Below are positions 24,525 through 28,238 of a stretch of DNA of 28,238 nucleotides, piece by piece (the first letter of the stretch is position 1; every line of letters starts with the position of its first letter). The translations under genes and the position numbers were made by a program. Location: positions 1 through 28,238 of IMG/VR virus record IMGVR_UViG_3300035200_000024, one strand, 5' to 3'. A model generated the notes under the pieces. That model did no database searches. It was not told where the DNA came from and saw nothing but the letters and a program-made list of their open reading frames with translations. The DNA comes from a virus. Taxonomy: Duplodnaviria > Caudoviricetes.

Positions 24525-26660
24525 GTGTCGAACGAAACTGCCTGTCTGGCGCATAAACGGTATAGCTATAGGCTGTCAGCGCAGGAACTTGCGCCAACCC
24601 TAGATTTCTTCACAGGCTCGATTCCGTACAACCCCGACACGCGCAGGCCGTGGCGGGCTAGTCTGCTTGTTCCATACCGCGCATCGCCGGGTTCTAAAAA
24701 CTCGACCATCAAGGTACTTAGTAGCCCGGTTGCGCCTAGCGGTGACATCAACCTGCGCCACACCGCGCAGTTTATCGTCAGCGGGTATCTGGCGCCGAGT
24801 GGCGACATCAATCTCGTCACGCTCAACGCCTTCGTGGTCAATGGCGCATCACCGGCGCCAACAGCCGACATCGACCTTGACTACGAACTACCGATCTATT
24901 TCGGCATCAACGCCGCAGGCCCGGAGCCGACCGGCGACATCGACATTGACTACGACGTTCAGGTGTTCCGTGGCGTGCTGTCCGCCGCCTGCACCGGCTG
25001 GAAACACGGCGTCAACCATCGCCACCGGCTCGCATCCTCCTACCAGCAACCGACGAAGAACCGCACGCCGACGGCGGCGCAGTGGCAGCTCGGCGCGCAT
25101 CAGAGCGACCGGACGTGCGCCGGCCACGCCAACGCAACGCCGCTGCGCTCGCGGTCCTGCTCTGGCTGGGCGCACGGCGATGGCGTCTCGACGGCGTGGC
25201 GGATGGCGCATGAATCAGGCGTGCCGACCCGCCAGCGCCGTGACACCGGCTGGCGCGAGGGCGGCGACGTGCTGTTCGCCCAGCGCGACTCGTGGATCGT
25301 GCTGTTCCGCGACGCCCGGCCCGCCCGGCGCAACCCGTGGCAGCTCACGCGGCGCCTACCGTCCGTGTCGTGGTGCAGCGATTGGCAGCCCGGCCTCTGG
25401 TCGATCCGCCCGTACTGCTCGGGCTGGCAGGAGGCGGCGACGACCTACGGCACCGGCAAGAATCCGTATGTGCCGCCGATCATCCCCGGCCCGCCAGACC
25501 CCTACGAGGGGTGCTACACGCCTCCGCCGGGCGGCGCAGTCCCGCTGCGCCTATGGCAGTCGCTCGCCACCATCAACCCGCTAGACGTGCGCCTCAACTT
25601 CGTCTGCGAGCGGAGCTGGGGCGGCAACTCGCTGGTCATCATTCCCATCCTCAAGGTGTACCTCACGATGGACACTGCATCGCTCTGTCTCCTCCCGCTC
25701 TGCACCAATGTCCACGTCCTGTCGATGACCATCGCGACGGACGCGGACTCGTGGGCGTGGACACTCTCCGCCGAGCTGCCGGCCACCGAGCTGGCGAAGG
25801 TCAGCCCGGTCAACGGCGATCCTGCCGAGGTCCGCGCCACCATCAACGGGGTGCAGTGGGAGTTCATCATCGAGGAGATCAGCCGCAGCAGGGAGTTCGG
25901 CAAGGCCACGCTCTCGATCCGTGGGCGGTCGCGCACGGCGTACCTCGCCGCGCCCTACGCCGCCGTCCAGACGTGGAACCCGGCAGCGGACACGCTCGCC
26001 ATGCAGCTCGCGCAGGACGCACTACCCTACGGCTACGGGCTCGACTGGACGCTCGGGCTGGACCCGTTCAACGAGTGGCTGGTGACGGCCGGGGCGTGGT
26101 CGTTCAGCGGCACGGCACTGGAGGCGGTGCTGGACATCGCCAGCGCCGTCGAGGCCGTGGTGCAGTCGCACAAGACGGACGAGCACCTGATCGTCGGCTC
26201 GCGCTACCCGGTCGCGCCGTGGGCGTGGGGCGCCGCGACCCCGGACTACGCCATCCCGCTCGATGTGATCCGGCAGGAGGGGATGGAGTGGACCGAGAAG
26301 CCGAAGTACAACCGGGTGTTCGTCTCAGGCGAGAACCAAGGGATCGTCGCCCAAGTGACCCGGGCGCTCTCCGCCGGCGACGTCATCGCGCCGACAGCCA
26401 TCCACAAGGCCATCACCCACCAGTACGCCGCCCACGAGCGCGGGCTGTCGATCCTCGCCAACACTGGGCGGCAGGCGCTCGTCAGCATGGAGACGGCGCT
26501 GATCCCGTCGCTCGGGCTCGACGTGATCCTCCCCGGCAAGCTGGTGCAGATCGGCGACACGGGCGAGGGCAACTGGCGCGGGCTGGTCAGGGGCGTGGAG
26601 ATTGTCGCCGGTCGCCCGAAGGTCACCCAGAAGATCGAGATCGAGAGGCACTACCTGTGA
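24525..26660 (+). CDS. Large tail protein (repeat-containing N-terminal half, hub-like C-terminal half)
   Basis: 711-aa ORF. APSGDINL-type repeats and 14-residue aromatic periodicity; C-terminal DSWAW, YNRVFVSGE and PGKLVQI. Start uncertain. Confidence 0.75.
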   Translation: MSNETACLAHKRYSYRLSAQELAPTLDFFTGSIPYNPDTRRPWRASLLVPYRASPGSKNSTIKVLSSPVAPSGDINLRHTAQFIVSGYLAPSGDINLVTLNAFVVNGASPAPTADIDLDYELPIYFGINAAGPEPTGDIDIDYDVQVFRGVLSAACTGWKHGVNHRHRLASSYQQPTKNRTPTAAQWQLGAHQSDRTCAGHANATPLRSRSCSGWAHGDGVSTAWRMAHESGVPTRQRRDTGWREGGDVLFAQRDSWIVLFRDARPARRNPWQLTRRLPSVSWCSDWQPGLWSIRPYCSGWQEAATTYGTGKNPYVPPIIPGPPDPYEGCYTPPPGGAVPLRLWQSLATINPLDVRLNFVCERSWGGNSLVIIPILKVYLTMDTASLCLLPLCTNVHVLSMTIATDADSWAWTLSAELPATELAKVSPVNGDPAEVRATINGVQWEFIIEEISRSREFGKATLSIRGRSRTAYLAAPYAAVQTWNPAADTLAMQLAQDALPYGYGLDWTLGLDPFNEWLVTAGAWSFSGTALEAVLDIASAVEAVVQSHKTDEHLIVGSRYPVAPWAWGAATPDYAIPLDVIRQEGMEWTEKPKYNRVFVSGENQGIVAQVTRALSAGDVIAPTAIHKAITHQYAAHERGLSILANTGRQALVSMETALIPSLGLDVILPGKLVQIGDTGEGNWRGLVRGVEIVAGRPKVTQKIEIERHYL

Positions 26661-26944
26661 GTCGAAACGAGATGGATGGGTGGAAGAACTACCCGACGAA
26701 GTGGTGGGCAGAGCGGCTGGCAGCCCCAAGGTGGCGGGCGGAGGTGGTGGCCGCGGCCAAGGCAGCCCGGACGCTCGACGGCTTCACTCAAGCCAATCTG
26801 GAGGCTCTCAGGGCGCCGGAGGATGGGCTGCACGAGTGGTGCGAGCGGTGGGTGGATTGGGGGGCGATCTGGTGGTACTTCAAGCGTGACGGGAATTGGG
26901 TCGACAAGCGACCGCAGGCGTTCAAGCGGAGGGACGTGGCATGA
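26657..26944 (+). CDS. Hypothetical Trp-rich protein (95 aa)
   Basis: GTGA and ATGA overlaps on both sides. This is the 3' end of track ORF 25292-26944; 10 Trp residues. Confidence 0.6.
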   Translation: MSRNEMDGWKNYPTKWWAERLAAPRWRAEVVAAAKAARTLDGFTQANLEALRAPEDGLHEWCERWVDWGAIWWYFKRDGNWVDKRPQAFKRRDVA

Positions 26945-27171
26945 ATCTCTGGAAGCGCTTCAAGGCGCTGATCCCTGACGACCCGCTGGAGATCGGCGAG
27001 GTGGAGTCCATCGACTTGCTGGAACAGACCAGCGCCGTCCTGATGCTGGGCGGCGGGACCAAGATCGTGCGCGGGGTGTCCGTGCCGGTGGGGCAGCACG
27101 CATTCGTCAGGGGCGGGGTCATCGAGAGCAAGGCGCCGGACCTCGGGGCGCCGATCGCGCTGGAGGTCTAG
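26941..27171 (+). CDS. Small tail-associated protein (76 aa), last gene of the late operon
   Basis: GGAGG RBS. MNLWKRFKALIPDDPLEIGEV...GGG..IVRG....GQHAFVRGGVI...AP. Confidence 0.75.
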   Translation: MNLWKRFKALIPDDPLEIGEVESIDLLEQTSAVLMLGGGTKIVRGVSVPVGQHAFVRGGVIESKAPDLGAPIALEV

Positions 27172-27177
27172 GCGGGC

Positions 27178-27204
27178 AAAAAAATGCCCGGCCGAAGCCG
27201 GGCA
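27178..27204 (-). terminator. Rho-independent terminator of the minus-strand early operon (possibly bidirectional)
   Basis: Minus strand TGCCCGGC-TTCG-GCCGGGCA-TTTTTTT, lying between convergent genes. Confidence 0.88.
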
Positions 27205-27225
27205 ACGGAGCATTGCTATGACCCC

Positions 27226-27618
27226 CTAGAAGGGGATGTCATCATCGAACTGGGCTGGCTCATCGTCAACCCGGTGCTTCTCTTCGTAGGTCGCCTCCTG
27301 CCGCCGCGGCACCGGAACGAAGTCCAGCGTCTCGACGGTGGCCTCTAAGGCCGCGCCCTGCTCCCCCGACTTCGTCTCGTAGGTGCGGACGTGGACGTTG
27401 TTCAGCGTCACGTCCAGCAGCGTGCCTTTGGTCAGGTACTCGGCCAACTTCTCGGCCCGCTTGCCCCACAGCCCCGCTTTGACCCACTGCGTCGGCTGTT
27501 TGCCGTCCTCCTTCTGCCCGTAGTTGAACGCCAGCGACAGATCGGCAACGGCGGTGCCGGACGGGGTGTAACGCACCTCGGCATCACGGCCGAGCCTTCC
27601 TACTCCAACGAGCCTCAT
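27226..27618 (-). CDS. ssb: Single-stranded DNA-binding protein
   Basis: GRLGRDAEVRYTPSG..V..LSLA, WGKRAE.LAEYL.KG and acidic tail DDDIPF. GGAGAG RBS before ATG 27618. Confidence 0.95.
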   Translation of the reverse strand: MRLVGVGRLGRDAEVRYTPSGTAVADLSLAFNYGQKEDGKQPTQWVKAGLWGKRAEKLAEYLTKGTLLDVTLNNVHVRTYETKSGEQGAALEATVETLDFVPVPRRQEATYEEKHRVDDEPAQFDDDIPF

Positions 27619-27647
27619 GTGCTTCTCTCCGGTTGTGGTGTCGGGAA

Positions 27648-27690
27648 ATGACACCGGCGGGGACCGGAGCCCGGCCCCCTGCGCTGTCAT
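27648..27690 (-). promoter_or_regulatory. Long stem-loop in the leader of ssb
   Basis: Minus strand ATGACA-gcgca-GGGGGCCGG-gct-CCGGTCCCC-gccgg-TGTCAT. Confidence 0.5.
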
Positions 27691-27691
27691 C

Positions 27692-27796
27692 TCAGAAGAG
27701 GTAACCAACGATCCAGCCGGTGAGCTGCGCGAGCAGCTCCACCATCGGCTCGGAGGCGACCAGAATCAGGACGATCACCCAGATTTTCCACGACAT
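27692..27796 (-). CDS. Small hydrophobic membrane peptide (34 aa), not in the ORF track
   Basis: MSWKIWVIVLILVASEPMVELLAQLTGWIVGYLF, with GGAGG 9 nt upstream of the ATG. Confidence 0.65.
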   Translation of the reverse strand: MSWKIWVIVLILVASEPMVELLAQLTGWIVGYLF

Positions 27797-27815
27797 TTGT
27801 ACTATCCTCCGCCGT

Positions 27816-27879
27816 TGACGGGGCGGCGTGCCTCTGGTCCGCGCCTAGAGGCATACCTCCCTCCGGCGTCGCCCCGTCA
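27816..27879. ncRNA. Nested stem-loop element (candidate structured leader or antisense RNA)
   Basis: Outer arms TGACGGGGCGGCG (27816-27828) / CGTCGCCCCGTCA (27867-27879) and inner arms TGCCTCT (27829-27835) / AGAGGCA (27847-27853). Confidence 0.45.
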
Positions 27880-27886
27880 TCCTCCA

Positions 27887-28238
27887 CTACCCTTGGGCTC
27901 GATACCGCTCAAGGAACCTGTCGCACCGCATTGCCAGCTCGGCGATGTAAGCCTCGTCCCGATTCACCCGCTGAACGAACGTAGGGATGGTCGGGTGTCG
28001 CGGGTCGAAGCTGACGAAGTCGCACCACTGCCGCTCGCAGATCCAGATGACGCCTTGCACCTGTGGGATGTGATCCTCAGGCATTCCATGCTCGATGGTT
28101 GCGTCATGGATCAGGGGGTTCATCGGGCACTTGACCTCGATGCTCCCATCCATGCCGACGAGCCCATCAGGGCTTGCCCCGATGAGATCGTTCGTCTCGT
28201 GCAGAACGAACCCGACCGGCAGAACGTCTTGACCCGTC
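27887..28238 (-). CDS. YqaJ / lambda-exonuclease family recombination nuclease (5'-truncated by the window edge)
   Basis: Frame open to the window end: ...VGFVLHETNDLIGASPDGLVGMDGSIEVKCP...QVQGVIW.CERQWCDFVSFDPR. Confidence 0.92.
   Translation of the reverse strand, partial: TGQDVLPVGFVLHETNDLIGASPDGLVGMDGSIEVKCPMNPLIHDATIEHGMPEDHIPQVQGVIWICERQWCDFVSFDPRHPTIPTFVQRVNRDEAYIAELAMRCDRFLERYRAQG

Larger units (their letters stand above)
1..28238. mobile_element. Tailed dsDNA bacteriophage/prophage segment (siphovirus-type morphogenesis operon plus end of a convergent early operon)
   Basis: Co-oriented, translationally coupled head, lysis, tail tube, tape measure and tail-tip genes. No sheath gene, no host housekeeping genes and no att sites seen. 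Confidence 0.97.

Noticed and set aside
17670-27171. Stop-codon reassignment (alternative genetic code)
   Set aside because: TAG, TGA and TAA all end genes at sensible boundaries with coupled downstream starts. Only one in-frame split (19557-19559) was seen.
12310-27171. Contractile tail, tailocin or gene transfer agent
   Set aside because: No sheath or baseplate wedge genes recognised. A complete head module and an adjacent early recombination operon indicate a genuine siphophage.
27619-27708. N-terminal extension of SSB as given in the ORF track (start 27708)
   Set aside because: SSB similarity begins at MRLVGVGRLG with its own RBS. The extension runs through a hairpin and overlaps the small peptide gene.
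1-28238. CRISPR array, tRNA or rRNA genes
   Set aside because: No regularly spaced direct repeats or cloverleaf-like sequences seen; intergenic space is minimal.

Overview
A 28.2 kb GC-rich segment of a tailed dsDNA phage or prophage, probably of a Proteobacterial host. It looks like a siphovirus: there is a tail tube and a long tape measure gene but no sheath. The + strand (1-27171) is one late morphogenesis operon. In order it carries: an accessory block of uncharacterised genes (1-5267); a MuF/gp30-type minor head protein with a C-terminal HExxH metallopeptidase-like extension and a small coupled ORF; a Mu gpG-like protein; protease/scaffold; lambda D-like decoration and E-like major capsid proteins; Mu gp36/gp37-like head completion proteins; a lysis cassette (holin, GH108 endolysin); tail tube; a 1383-aa tape measure; and tail-tip genes including a lower-GC cassette with two paralogous receptor-binding-like proteins. 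A convergent early operon (YqaJ-type exonuclease, an unannotated 34-aa membrane peptide between two RNA hairpins, ssb) ends at a terminator near 27190. Terminase and portal are not in the window. The most unusual signal is the module at 1108-5077. Two large proteins end in the same pentapeptide ADNNA, and the second shares an N-terminal motif with the third protein. This tip/stalk/base arrangement could build a chained virion appendage, which is a hypothesis. All family assignments come from motif recognition by eye; no database searches were run.
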